The position numbers were made by a program, and so were the translations under genes. A model generated the notes under the pieces. The model had not been told where the DNA came from. It was given only the letters and a program-made list of their open reading frames with translations, and made no database searches. A DNA stretch of 63,666 bases, filler included, from Basidiobolus ranarum (Eukaryota), in NCBI GenBank assembly GCA_040143965.1. It is 13 parts of 13 records of this genome, joined end to end, with 100 filler letters (N's around TTAATTAATTAA, not from the genome) between each part and the next. Parts side by side here need not be neighbours in the genome. Positions count along the whole stretch, not along the records: positions 24,602 to 29,405 come from JASJQH010001822.1; positions 29,506 to 34,304 come from JASJQH010001823.1; positions 34,405 to 39,202 come from JASJQH010001824.1; 10 more parts are not named here. The stretch is one strand, 5' to 3'. Below are positions 25,526-37,689 of the stretch, in pieces (positions within the stretch are counted from its first letter, which is position 1; each line of letters opens with the position of its first letter).

Positions 25526-28065
25526 ATGGACTATTTCTCCCGATTTAAGTACAAAGTGGTAGGTCCAAAAAATAGACCAAACCAAGCTTTACAACTGACC
25601 AAATTCCGGGAATGTTGGAGAACCATACAAGTTAGTCCCCTACTGGCTCTTTTTACTATTTTCTATTTATTGAATGTATAATTTAGAATGCTTTAGAGTA
25701 TCCGAATGTAAATCCGGATGTTAAAGTAGCCAAGTTATTCAAGACCATAGTTGACCTCCTAGTGCAAGAGGAAATTCGCACTGAAGAAGGAACTACTGGT
25801 CTTTGTATGGAATATTTACTGAAGAACAATGTATTAAGTAAATTAGTAGTACTGTCCGGAAAAAATAGCCCAAATGGCATTCGAGGAGAAGTAATTCGGT
25901 TGATTTCCAGTATGATCAATTTACTAGATGATAAATTTCTCGTACACAATGCAGCTCATGCCCCAACATTGAAAATCATCAATGATTGCATGGATAGGCG
26001 AGAATGGAGAGAGAACTATGCGGATGATCTGGTCGATTTGATGTACAACATTTGTTCCAAGATTCATGGTTATCCAGAGCTCCTTCACATATTCTTTCAT
26101 GATAAGCAATGGCTGACTGTACCTCAAAAATCGAACGCTAGAAGAGCTAAGGAGCCAGTTACCGTTTCTAGCCCAGATCTTTCGAAGAATTCCTCTCCCG
26201 AAAGTGTGAATCTCTCTCACAATGGGAGAAGAGAGTACGAGTTTGGATTTTTCAAACATCTCATGGAATTTATACATAAAGAAGGGAAAACTGGCGATAT
26301 TGCCAGAACCGGACTGCTTTTCTTGATGGATATCACCGATTCTGGACTACGAGATTTCATACTTACCGGTGATTTTTGCGCGATTATTGCTGCTGGGTTG
26401 GGAGCTTTCTATTCACAGTTACCCCGGAAGCTGGTGATAGAGGTAAGCTCGGAACATGCATCATCTAACCACAATGCCTCCAGGCCAGAAGAGATCCAGG
26501 TCAGTGAAACTTCCAACTCACCGGAGTTCCAAATGATGCTAGAGTCCTTCTTAAAGTATCTTGATTTCACACAAGAGGTTCTAGTTCGATGCTCAAGTGG
26601 TAGTATCTGTAATCTGCTGTTGGAGAACACCAAGACGCTGTTTTTGGAAAATATCCTCTACCCCTCGCTTTTGGAATGTTCAGACATGGACGGCTCAGCA
26701 GTGGCAGTTATCACTTACCTGGATATATTGGTCCAAAGCATCAAGAACAATGAACTTAACGTTATGATTGTATCATACCTGGTCAATTCAGACCCAAGTA
26801 AATTCCCCTCCTGTGTTTCTCACACGGAGATATCAGATACCAAAGCTCAACACATGAGCGCAGCCAATGGGTCTTCTCATCACATGACCATTCCACCGCT
26901 CCTTCCTTACAATATGAAAGATCTTATCTTTTCAAATCTACGCTCTACTTCACAACCTGCAGTAATCGCTTCACTGAAACTTCTTAAAACCATGCTTACC
27001 CGCCATTGCTTCTACACCCTGAGTTTCCTTGACATTGAGTTCATCCCACCACTAGAAGAGTCTATTGGTGAGAAAAGCTATACTCCAGTGGTAGATCACT
27101 TACGTGTGTTGAGTAGATATCTCTCCTTAATATCTTTGATTGACCCATCCCACGAAAAGCGTATCTCAGTCAGAGGCTACGGTGACTATTTGGTAGACGC
27201 TGAAACTTCTATGGAGTACCATGAACGCTACCACAGGGATGATATGGCTCATATGCGCCCTAAAAACCCTTTAGTAGAGGGTAAAAAGAAACGACATGCA
27301 AGAACGATGAGCATACGGTACTCCAACCTAGAAGTGACCAAGAACCTTTCTTTGGAAGAAAAGCCTATGGAAGTAACCTCTACTCCACTTCAAAACCTTG
27401 GTAAATGTGGTCACTGTAAACATAGAATTCAATCTACCGATCATATGATGCATGTTCTCATTGGATTGTTGTCCGGATACTTTGGGCAATCCTGTGAGTT
27501 GAACCTCGCTGTCACTGGAGTACTAATAGCCGTGATCTCATGTCCATGTCGTGATTTAGAAGGCTGGGTTTCTTCGAAAAACGAGGCTTTAACTCCTTCA
27601 AGTAGCCGAAACTCTCGTTATTCTCCGACTTTCTCGGAGTTGAAGGAATCTGAAGAATATGACACCCAACCACCCGGTCTCATTTACGATGATGAAAGTA
27701 GTGATGAGGAAATGGATGTCTACTCACAAGAAGGGGATTATTCGAGAATTCGATCATTTGAAGACCCAACCTTCTTTGCTGTGTTGGAAGAACTTTCAAA
27801 TCAGGTTGTTAGATACAGAAGAGAACTGTTTGGATTTGATCAGCAATTTCGAATGCGTCGGGAGGAATTGCTCAGCTTAGGTGGTGGTTCAACTCGAAAC
27901 GCTCTTCGTATTTCCAACGAGAAAGAGATGAACTTGAATGCCAAGAGTAAATCTTTCGAGGAAGTAGTGGACAACGCTATTATTCTGAGTGAAGTGATCA
28001 AAGAAGTGGTAAGTATCGTTCAAGTAAGGCGAAGCTTTGGTGTGAATGAAGTGTGGTACATCTAA
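25526..28065 (+). CDS. FHIP/FAM160 (retinoic-acid-induced-16-like; FTS-Hook interacting protein)
   Basis: Exon 1 25526-25630 (MDYFSRFK..WRTIQ), intron 25631-25686, exon 2 in frame with the 767-aa ORF. Motifs CMEYLLKNNVL, FIHKEGKTGDIARTGLLFL, GLGAFYSQLP, FLENILYPSLLECSD and NAIILSEVIKE. Confidence 0.92.
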
Positions 28066-28223
28066 GTCCCGAAGCTAGTATGAAAATCACAATTATCAGT
28101 AGTATTTATATCGGATCTTTATTGAACATAAATAAAATATCCCGTATACATTCATTCAACGGAACATGGATGAGATTAACTTAGCCATACATCTTTGGGA
28201 CGTATAGATATAGGCTGTGCTAT

Positions 28224-29179
28224 TTATGAAGCTTTACTGAAGTTCTCTCCGCCATTTTGAAGATAATCTATTTCCTCTTGAGTAGAAACTCTACCCACTA
28301 CTTCATTACGATGTGGGAAACGTCCGAACTTTTCAATGACAACCTTGTGACGCTGACCGAATGTAACGAATGACTCCGCCATCGGACGACAATGCTACAA
28401 TTTGTGAAGTAAGTACTTGTACACATGTATTACAAACAAACACTTACTTCGTCACATAATTCCACTACTTCTTCAAACTTCTTAATGGCGTACTTCTGAT
28501 GATTTATGTCTTCAGCGTGCTCGAATGGCTTGAGATAATGGAACAGATTTAACTATATGAACTATAGTCTTCTAGAAATAGCCATGATTGTACTTACGAT
28601 ATAAACGAACAATCTTTCCAAAGGATGTAACTCATTTTCCATTTTAGTGTCGATAAGTCTGCGAGCCATGGTGACACATTTGGGGTCAGCTTCAAAAGAC
28701 TTTGGTGAATTACGATAGAGGTTACGAGAGAACTGGTCAAGTAGGATGATCATAGACAACGTGCCCTAATTATAGTTAGTCTGGGTTAGTATATCTACTG
28801 CGACTCCAAAGGAAGAGGAATTCCACATTACATGAGCAGTTTTACTTAATTCATCTTCGTACTTTCCTTCCTCAAACAACGCGTCACGGTCTTTTTTAAA
28901 ATTGGTACTAAGTAACAGAAAAGGATAAATAAACAAGACCAAATAGGTAGTAATAGAGAAACTATATATTCACCGGATATGCTCATCAACTTCCTCCGTA
29001 CCTGCGAACCACCTTTGAAGTAAGGCTTTGGGAACTGAGTGTCCAGGTTTGTAATCTACCGACAAAATATAAGTATTGCAGTCAAGAATATAGCAATTTA
29101 TTCATGATAAATATCAACCTTGAAACCAGTAGGATAATACTCGTTTTTGCAAGGCAAGTGCGGCAGTTGAGGCGGACAT
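28224..29179 (-). CDS. DUF924-family protein, multi-exon
   Basis: VLSYWF..RWFAGTEEVDEHIR..IILLDQFSRNLYRNSPKSF..RLFVYIPFEHAED..HKVVIEKFGRFPHRNEVVGRVSTQEE; GT-AG introns. Confidence 0.92.
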
Positions 29180-29505
29180 AATACGAGCTAGAAGGCAAAC
29201 TGTGGTGTGAAGAAACAATAGCCATCAATATTTATCCAAGATTACTCGGGTGAGACACGGAACGATATTGATTAATTTTAGAAGTGTAACAGATCACTGA
29301 GCCAATATTCTTCTTCATTCCTAACGTCAAGTGACGCAATCAAGATCCCAGCAATTAATCAGATGCTCACTAGTTACTTGCCTAAACGAACCCCCATTCA
29401 ACAACNNNNNNNNNNNNNNNNNNNNNNNNNNNNNNNNNNNNNNNNNNNNTTAATTAATTAANNNNNNNNNNNNNNNNNNNNNNNNNNNNNNNNNNNNNNN
29501 NNNNN

Positions 29506-29703
29506 TACTCCTTCTGGCATTTATCCTCCTCCTAACCCTTATTAGCAGGGATATTATTACACCTTAGGACTCTTTAGGAAGCTTCATTATAACAACTGCC
29601 CAACTTGATGCTGTGAATGTTACGTTTGGAGTTTGCTTTTCTATTGGGTATGTTGCTTAACTGGTAAATAAATATTACATCTGGTGCATTTCATCCCCCT
29701 AAC
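29506..29703 (+). mobile_element. Element 3' end carrying the shared hairpin/CCCCCTAAC terminal motif
   Basis: AAATAAATATTACATCTGGTGCATTTCATCCCCCTAAC at 29666-29703. Confidence 0.6.
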
Positions 29704-30095
29704 AGCAGCAACTACCATCTGATTTCAACTCGCTGTACTGTTCACATGGTCATATAAAATCATGGATCACCAAGAAATCAAAATTATCCAGTATATGACC
29801 ATTTCTCCGAGATTTGAGTCAAACAAGTCATTCTTGTGCACCTATCTCAAACTCTCCTGGAATGATGCGGTCAATGCTAATCAGGAAGAGCGCTTGACAT
29901 AGGGGCCCAGCATGAATTCATATTAGCATATGACAAAGGAAAGATGAACATGATGAAACAGAGCACCTCAAGCAATCTGCAACATGACAAGAAGTGTAAC
30001 TCTCATTTGTATATAAAGGCAAACATGAGAACTAATTTAGCAAGCACTACTCAAGTGAACCATCACAATATTACACAATATATCCAGTTATCACC

Positions 30096-31910
30096 ATGCT
30101 ACATGAGCTTTCACCCGTTAAATTGCCGTTGGTAAAGAGCGATAAAGGAAGTCACTCTCAAGGTGGTACACATAATCATCGCATCAAGGACGCACGAGAT
30201 GTGCTGCACGATGTTGCTATTATGATTGAGTATGGAGGTAGTGACGTGGAAGAATTTCTCGAGCTTATATATTCATATTATAGCAATGCCATTCAGGAAG
30301 TAACATATGTATCAAAAAGTGGCCTTATCGGTGATATCGAGAGTACAACTTATTTAAATGATATCAAAGTGGATATATGGGGACTAGACAACATCTTGAG
30401 CAAGCATATCGCGGAACGATGGTTTGCCCGGGACAAAGCTACTCACAAATGGGGGTCAGCAGGACAATGGTCCAGCTGGATTATGTATGCAAACTCACTG
30501 TCACCACAGGCGACAAGGGAGCAAGTGGAGGATATAGCGACATTGTGGTGCTACTATTGCGTTGCCATGGAGAATGTTAATGGGAGCCCGGAGGTACTCA
30601 AACTAGCTCAATCGGATATTGGTTACATTAATGTCCGTGATCGGATGGGGGCTACAATGACCGATCTGACCAAGTACGAGCGAGCGGTCAATATTATGGT
30701 TCACAATGGTACACGTACACACAAAGCGTTTGGACGGAGTGGAGCAGTGGATTTAATTGGGATACCGACGAACTGCAACCAGGCTCTAGTACGTCGCGCA
30801 ATTGACGTTGGGGTACATTTTGTATCAATGGAGTGTGTTTGGATAGGAACACATGCACGTGTAGTTACGGCTGATGCGCAGCGGGGCATTCTTTGGTCCT
30901 TATGGCAGGACATTCAGTCAATAGGTAAGGAGGTAGTGAGTGACGAATGGGAAGGAATTTCGGTTGCATTCTGTGCAGTACGGGGTCTTCCATTGGACAT
31001 AGGGATAAACACATACACCCGGAACGTCAGTGCACTTACATCACGATTGCTGGTTGACAAATTGGCGCGTGTAGAGGGAATTGCAACATATTCAATCAAC
31101 ATAAACTGTGCTAGTTTTCTTGTCTCACGATATAGACTAATGGGCTCATGGTATGCACTTAGTAGCAGTAAGAATCCCGGGGATCGCAGAGCGGCACGAG
31201 AAGTAATAGACCCAAGTGATATGTGGACGGCCGATACGCCATGTCTCTGTAGCTGGAAGGATTACAACTGTCTCTTTGATACGATGTGTTTACACACAGA
31301 TTCAGGTATAAATCAACTTCGTAAATCCTACGGAGACGAAATAATATGGTGGGCAGCTCGCTTAGCAACATTTGATGTTGGTGTTGAAGAGGCCTGTTGG
31401 CGTGTAAAGCGGATCAAAGCACTAATATGTGGTCACACCGCCTCAACAGAGGGAGTAGCACATAACAATGTTAGTAATCTGGGTGGCCTTCAACGGCAGA
31501 GCGAGTTTGAAGTACTTGTACGAAGAATACTGGCGGTCAAATTAACATTTGACTGGCATGTGATAGCGTTTTGCACAATAGGAAGGAATGAGGATGATTT
31601 TGACTCGGTGATGTGCGATATTACCACTTGTCTGAGGATATCTGACTGCTTTATACTAGATAATCAACTTGGCAATTACCAAGATTTTGACGTTCTGTAC
31701 ACTTTTTATCGTGCTGTTCAAGGTGACTTTGAGAACGAGGTTTTGCACCTGACTCAGCAGGTTGCCAGATACACCGGAACAAAGTTTGAATGGCACAGCC
31801 CAGGGATTGCGTCAGCGAGTATCATATGTGCACTCCAGTCGCCCAGGCGTGGACTTAGGCGGGAGATAGTAGACGAACAAGTACCGGTACCAGGTGAAGC
31901 TAACATTTAG
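30096..31910 (+). CDS. Intact intronless 604-aa protein; candidate non-canonical class I terpene-synthase-fold protein with an internal duplication
   Basis: Long open frame, TATATAAA at about 30010 and AATAAA downstream. Motif order SPQATREQV..LWCYYCVAMEN / RRAIDVGV / QDIQSIGKE / SRYR. The ORF is well supported; the function is inferred. Confidence 0.6.
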   Translation: MLHELSPVKLPLVKSDKGSHSQGGTHNHRIKDARDVLHDVAIMIEYGGSDVEEFLELIYSYYSNAIQEVTYVSKSGLIGDIESTTYLNDIKVDIWGLDNILSKHIAERWFARDKATHKWGSAGQWSSWIMYANSLSPQATREQVEDIATLWCYYCVAMENVNGSPEVLKLAQSDIGYINVRDRMGATMTDLTKYERAVNIMVHNGTRTHKAFGRSGAVDLIGIPTNCNQALVRRAIDVGVHFVSMECVWIGTHARVVTADAQRGILWSLWQDIQSIGKEVVSDEWEGISVAFCAVRGLPLDIGINTYTRNVSALTSRLLVDKLARVEGIATYSININCASFLVSRYRLMGSWYALSSSKNPGDRRAAREVIDPSDMWTADTPCLCSWKDYNCLFDTMCLHTDSGINQLRKSYGDEIIWWAARLATFDVGVEEACWRVKRIKALICGHTASTEGVAHNNVSNLGGLQRQSEFEVLVRRILAVKLTFDWHVIAFCTIGRNEDDFDSVMCDITTCLRISDCFILDNQLGNYQDFDVLYTFYRAVQGDFENEVLHLTQQVARYTGTKFEWHSPGIASASIICALQSPRRGLRREIVDEQVPVPGEANI

Positions 31911-32298
31911 GTAAATATGCTGTCCGCCTTTGACTACCCAGTTAGATCAAAATTAAATAGAGCAGTCGTACGCTATGTGCAGTCAGTCCGCCTCGTCTTA
32001 GTGTGAGAGAGCAGTCAGGAGGGGTGATTGGGCTAGACGCGAATACTAGGATTCTGTAATAGAGTTTAACAATAAAGATGCATGCTATGTACAAATAACT
32101 TTATTCCTACTTTCCCACCTATAAAAAGGTAATACACAACCAATATATATATATATAGTCTCAGGGTTTATGTTGAATCAGGATAGATCACAAAAAATGG
32201 GGATTAGAGATAGATAGGGTTAGGATATCCTAATAAATATTTAGCAGTTATCCTTCTAGATATTTTCATTTCGCTTTAATCTTGAGGATAAATCGAGC

Positions 32299-32369
32299 GT
32301 GCATCTTTAAAACAGTGCATCTTTAAAACAGTGCATCTTTAAAACAGTACATCTTTAAAACAGTGCATC
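32299..32369. repeat. 16-bp minisatellite (GTGCATCTTTAAAACA) x about 4.4
   Basis: Direct tandem copies visible between the converging 604-aa ORF and the P450. Confidence 0.95.
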
Positions 32370-32593
32370 AATCATATATTGTATAGGAACTATTCAAACG
32401 GCGCTAGGAAGTGACAGCTCAGGAAGGAGGTTCATCTTACTTCTCCAGAGTATCTCTAAGGTCAAATTCATCCATTAAATAATCATTGTTTATTATAAGG
32501 TATAACCCATCTTTTTCAACACTATATATCAATAACCTGACCATTAACCAGACATTAACCACACCCGGTTAAGTTTAGTTAAAAGAAACATCA

Positions 32594-34240
32594 TCACTTG
32601 CTCAACTTTCTGTAATTGATTCCAAGGTTTCTCGGATTTGATACTAGTGATGAGCCAAATAGTAATCTCTCGTTGTGGGGACTATCATTGGGAAGAGAAA
32701 AGTGGTATGTTCGAACTGGAAAAGATGTAACAAATATTTAGTAGAGTTGAATGGGTAGCTTATGAGAAGCACATACCTAGCATTGAGATCACTATTTTCA
32801 TCTCGGTGAGTGCAAAACCCTTGGCGATACCTACGCAATTTAGTCAGTTAGTTCTGAGTGGATTGACATTCTCCTGTCTTACTTACACATTCGTGAGCCA
32901 TTAGTAAAAGGATTCCATGCTGGAGGATCACGAATAAGTCCCTCAGTAGTCAACCATCTATCTGGATCAAGCTTGGTTGGGTTTTCCCAATATTTTTCAT
33001 CGCGATGCAAGGCATATATGTTCAAAGTAACCAGGCTCCCTTTAGGAATCGGCATCTGGCCAAGCATAGTATCATGAGCAGTCGTACGCGTTGGTAACAA
33101 AGGGGCGGGGGGATATAGCCGCATTGTTTCTTTAATTGTAGCTTCCAGGTACCACAATGCTGGTACAACAATGATTAAGTTGGGTTGAGTTGATAGTGAT
33201 ACGTATACAAATAATACCTTTGATTTCAGCTGTAGAAGGGATATCCATTGAAGAAGTGTGCAATGAGAACTCGCGGTTCGCTTCTTCCCGAACTTTCGCT
33301 TGAATCTCTGGGTGAGTAGCCAATACGTAGATGACACTTGTCAAAGCGGAAGCTGTTGTGTCTTTTGACTTGTTATTAGCATGATCTATTTGTTTATATT
33401 GAAGAGAAATCATTTGTTACCATGACCGCTGAGAATGAGAGTAACTAACTCGTCCTATAGTAAACCCGTAGTTAGATTACGAGTCTCAGTCTTGGGAATT
33501 TATCAATGACTTACGAGCAATTCTTCAATGGTTAGTTTTTCATCTAACCAAGCCCTAACGAGAACCGATAGGATATCTTGTGGTTTATCCCCATCACCAC
33601 ATGATTGCTGAATGGATTTTGCTTTGGCAGTTGCTAGGGTACCCAGCCAACTTCGGAACTTCCCAACAGCTTGATGTTCTTTAGATCTCTTTCCAACCGG
33701 AAAGCGATCCAGGATTGGGAATGCTATATAAAGTGAATCGAGGGCGGCATTATGAGCGGTGTAGTAAGTAGTAACATGTTCGCTTTCAGGGTGGCGAAGA
33801 GCCTAAAACAGGTATCGATGGATATGTAAGCCCGATATTTCTTGTAAGTTTTAATGACTATATAAGCTTATTACTTGAAAGTCGAAGCCAAACAGAGTAT
33901 TTCCCAGAATATCCAGCGTTAATCTTAGTAGTAATTTTAATGGAGAGTGTGGCTCAGAATAAGCAGTAAAATAGCATGACTTACAATTGCATGGTGTAGA
34001 ATAGATCTGGAATCGAACCCTCAGTGTCCAGAAGACCGATATACTCACGTACTACCTCAGCAAATTTGCCAGGTTCCCATCCCAAGTGAAATAAAGGACC
34101 AATGATCTCTCGACGCTTCTTCCAATCCTATAATATATATAATATAATAGTAACAACACCATTAATATTGGCTACATCGAAATGAGCAGCATTTCCATTG
34201 AATCTAACCGCGCTGTTACTGGATAAAGGAAAGATTAGAA
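32594..34240 (-). CDS. Cytochrome P450, multi-exon; N-terminus missing at contig end
   Basis: DWKKRR C-helix, LILSGH|DTTASAL I-helix, KETMR (ExxR), DPDRW (PERF), heme motif FTNGSRMC|IAKGFA; stop at 32594. Confidence 0.96.
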
Positions 34241-34404
34241 TGACAACAACAGCAGGTGATTGTGTGGAAAGATTAGAATGACAACAACAGCAGGTGATTG
34301 TGTGNNNNNNNNNNNNNNNNNNNNNNNNNNNNNNNNNNNNNNNNNNNNTTAATTAATTAANNNNNNNNNNNNNNNNNNNNNNNNNNNNNNNNNNNNNNNN
34401 NNNN

Positions 34405-34668
34405 TCACTAGGAACACTCTACTCTTGGCTCCATCCATTCTGGAAAACTCTACTTAGGCCCCATCCCTTCTGGAATACTCTACACTTGGCTCCATCCTAT
34501 CTGGAATACTCTTAGGCCTAGCTTACTAGGAAACTCAGCTTTGTCAACTTCTTGACTATATCTTTGAATATTATATTCTAACTTGGCTTATTTATTTATT
34601 GACTTTGTTTAAATTGATAAATAAATATTACACCATCTGGTGCTTTTCATCCCCCTAACCCTAACCCT
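34405..34668 (+). mobile_element. Element 3' end with degenerate ~30-bp tandem repeats and the shared hairpin plus (CCCTAA)2 tail
   Basis: Repeats of GGAATACTCTAC..TTGGCTCCATCC at 34405-34530; terminal AATAAATATTACACCATCTGGTGCTTTTCATCCCCCTAACCCTAACCCT. Confidence 0.65.
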
Positions 34669-34806
34669 CAGTATCTCAGTAACCAGTACCATGACCTATA
34701 ACCACCATGCATACTTCAATTCCCTTTACTCCACATTTCACCCCTTTAAGTTCCCAAGTTCCCAGTTTGGTGTCAATAATTAAGTTGAAATTTAACAAAG
34801 TGTAAA

Positions 34807-34967
34807 AGGAGGCAGCGCATAGCGCTCACCTCCCACAAACAAAAATTTAACAGTCGAGACACCCTAAGGATGTTCGCGTCAAGGACTCTGAGGCGCTGTG
34901 CAATGCTCAAATTCCAAGACGAAGAGCTCACCTATTTGATCGTAAGCTCTCCCTGCCAGGTAAGTAT
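34807..34967 (-). ncRNA. U1: U1 spliceosomal snRNA
   Basis: Reverse complement begins ATACTTACCTGG. SL1 stem GAGCTTAC/GTGAGCTC with loop GATCAAATAG, SL2 loop ATTGCAC, Sm site AATTTTTGT, and 3' hairpin GGAGG..AGCGC TAT GCGCT..CCTCC. Confidence 0.93.
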
Positions 34968-35343
34968 GCTTTTTCGCAATTGTAGAAACTCAGTTTTAAT
35001 TCAAATTTGCCGTTTTATATATTGTGGGACGAGAAATAAATGCATTATAATCATAACTATGCTTGATTTTCATAATATTTGAATAACTTTGACATACATG
35101 TAACAATCCATGTTTGGCACAAAATTACAAACTTCTTTTACTACGTATATGTTACGCTCTAATTGACAGTCATTATTAGTAGCCAATGATTCTTTTGGGT
35201 TAGGACATGTAAACCCTGCCCATTTCTCTTTATTTGTGAGCACCTTCAGCACTTTTGGTGAATTTCAAAAGTAAAACGTCATGAGATTTATTAAATGTTA
35301 AGGCAAATGCTTGCCAATAAATCTCGAAAAAGAAAGCGTGGAA

Positions 35344-36415
35344 TTAACAACCAGAGCCGAATGGAATATCCCAGTATTTGGAGTGATCACTGAAGCCCAC
35401 AGGAAGAGTAACTCCCAGAATACAATTAGAGTCCTCTTTAACCTTACCACTAACTACATCTTGGCAAGCTACGGTAGTATCATCCTTACGAATATAGATT
35501 TCATGTGGGTGATGGTGATATCCCATGTCTTGAGGTGGAAGTCTGGTCACTGGGTCACCTTTATTGGTAATTCTCGCCAATGTTGTACGAGTGGTACCCA
35601 GCCCAAAGGTATTGTACACCAGCTGAGAGAAATCCAAGTTTCCGGCTCTTGGTTGACCATAAGTATGTAGATATATTTGAGAACGATCGATAATTAGTAA
35701 CTCAGATTTGAAGGATCTTCCACTGCTTGGATTTAGGTAGATTCTTTTTATATCCATTGCACAAAATGTTGCTACAGCAGCTCCCTACAGTTACCACATC
35801 AATAAGATTTATTAATGATCATTCCAAATCCACTCTACTTACCAAGGAATGCCCAGTGATAATTAATTTGTAGGTGTTCGACTGATCCTTTAGTGTTGTC
35901 AAAATGTCCTTGAGCCCAGAACGAACGGTGTTTTCGATACCTGAATAAGTTTCATAGAATCCTCCATGAACTTTAACGTTATCATTTGCCGTTGGGTAGA
36001 CGAATTTTTTTGGAAGAATCGCCAGATTTTTCGCCCAGTTGGCCCAGTTAGAGGATCTAAAAAGATTGGTTTAATTAAACCTCGATTTATCGTTTACAAG
36101 AGTGTATTCATACCCGCGGAAAGAAATAATGATTTTCTTCTCATCCTTATTATATCCAATATAACCAGCTATACCAGAAGCTTCATTAGTAAAGTAGGAA
36201 GTCACGTTTAGTTTACCGACACAGCGAGCACCACACGACCAATTGGTTAGTTTGGCTTGTGGGCAGTAAGCAGCAGATGCGTATTTGGCATGCGTCTTGA
36301 GGATATCTAGCTCTTTCTTGTCAATAGCGGAAAGATCCAGACGTTTGGCGATTGGAGTACCCAAAGCTGTATAGCTCAGTGTCAACGATGCAACGAGTAA
36401 TGCAAACCACTTCAT
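35344..36415 (-). CDS. Secreted class-3 triacylglycerol lipase (Rhizomucor/Rhizopus-type), multi-exon
   Basis: Signal peptide MKWFALLVASLTLSYTALG; YASAAYC, IIISFRG, nucleophile TGHSL|GAAVA, TYGQPRAGN, DPVTRLPP and DHSKYW. Confidence 0.95.
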
Positions 36416-37136
36416 AACTTGCGATGAAATATCCCAGAGAAATGGATATTCTGTGGATATTGTAGGAAAATGACCTGGTATTTAAAGGTTCGTTTTCAAC
36501 ATCGAGAGAAGTCAAGTAAGAATATCTCGTACCTTTTGCTAATCATTTCCTTTAATGTAAGTAAATGTTGTCCTACAAGTTGACTATTTGCTAATAAGAG
36601 GAATAGTTGTATAACTCAACCAGATATTTAAAGAATAAGCAATGATTTTGTTAACGTGCTATGGTGAATGACAACTTGATTTAAGCTTGGCTACACAAGT
36701 TTCATTGAAAAAGGGTATTTGAATGTGCATCAACTATGATGATCTACCAAAAATATTCTCACAAGTAATGGAAACTTATAAACTCTTTTTGAAGTAGTCT
36801 ATCACATACGAATCAAGAACTCGATTTTGTATCATATAATACGGCAAATGCTGGGAAGTTACTGAAGTCTTGGCGTTCAGTTTCAATGAAGAGTTACTAC
36901 AAATATGTATAAATTGATGAATGCAGTAAATTAGTTACATTATTACTTGCTGAAGAACGATTCATTAAGTAAGCAACCCACGTGACATATCGTAAGTAAC
37001 GTCAAGAAATGTAAATAATTTACTACTATTGATTTTGAACTCAAGTACGCACCTCCAAAATTTCTATTTCCGATAGTAAGAGTGAGATTTAAGTTGTCTA
37101 TCGCGGCAACACCGGCAAGGATTACAAATAAAAAAT

Positions 37137-37208
37137 TGCCTACTGCCGGGATTGAACTGGCGACCTTCAGTTTACGAGACTGACGCGCTACCACTGCGCT
37201 AAGCAGGC
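37137..37208 (-). tRNA. tRNA-Thr(CGT)
   Basis: GCCTGCT TAGCGCAGTGGTAGCGCG TCAGT CTCGTAA ACTGA AGGTC GCCAG TTCAATC CCGGC AGTAGGC A forms a cloverleaf, followed by a T-run Pol III terminator. Confidence 0.93.
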
Positions 37209-37689
37209 TCTAATATTTTTTTGCTGATTCAATATCACCCACATAAGAGGCCTTGACTATCCTCAAATCTGCCTTAACTGTTGATGCTCATTTTGAATCG
37301 CTGCAACTTTATACAACTTTGCTGATGTTAATGATATGCACGAGGGTAATAAAGCCACTAGTTTAAACGTTAGAGGAAGATTAAGTTGGTATGCATATAG
37401 ATTGAAAAACGTTATCTTATTCATAGCTTATGTGCTATCTCCGACTAATCATTTTGCTCAATCCGGAAAGAACAAAGCTGTTTCTTAATGGAATGCAAAT
37501 GATACCAAAAGACGGTACCGACTACTTGTAATCCAACTTTAAACAAAACTAAATGACATTGACTCTTACGAAGATTGAGCTTGATATGAATGAGGGAAAG
37601 GGGTTATTAAATGTTTAATGGAAAACATCAATCGGAATACTCATAAAAATTATAATACCGAGTTATAGGCAAGATTTAACAAGATACCA

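Noticed and set aside
34228-34304. 38-bp perfect tandem duplication in the P450 5' region
   Set aside because: It lies exactly at a contig end and is probably an assembly artefact.
36943-37194. 83-aa ORF MVARQSRKLKV...
   Set aside because: It overlaps the tRNA-Thr gene and is spurious.
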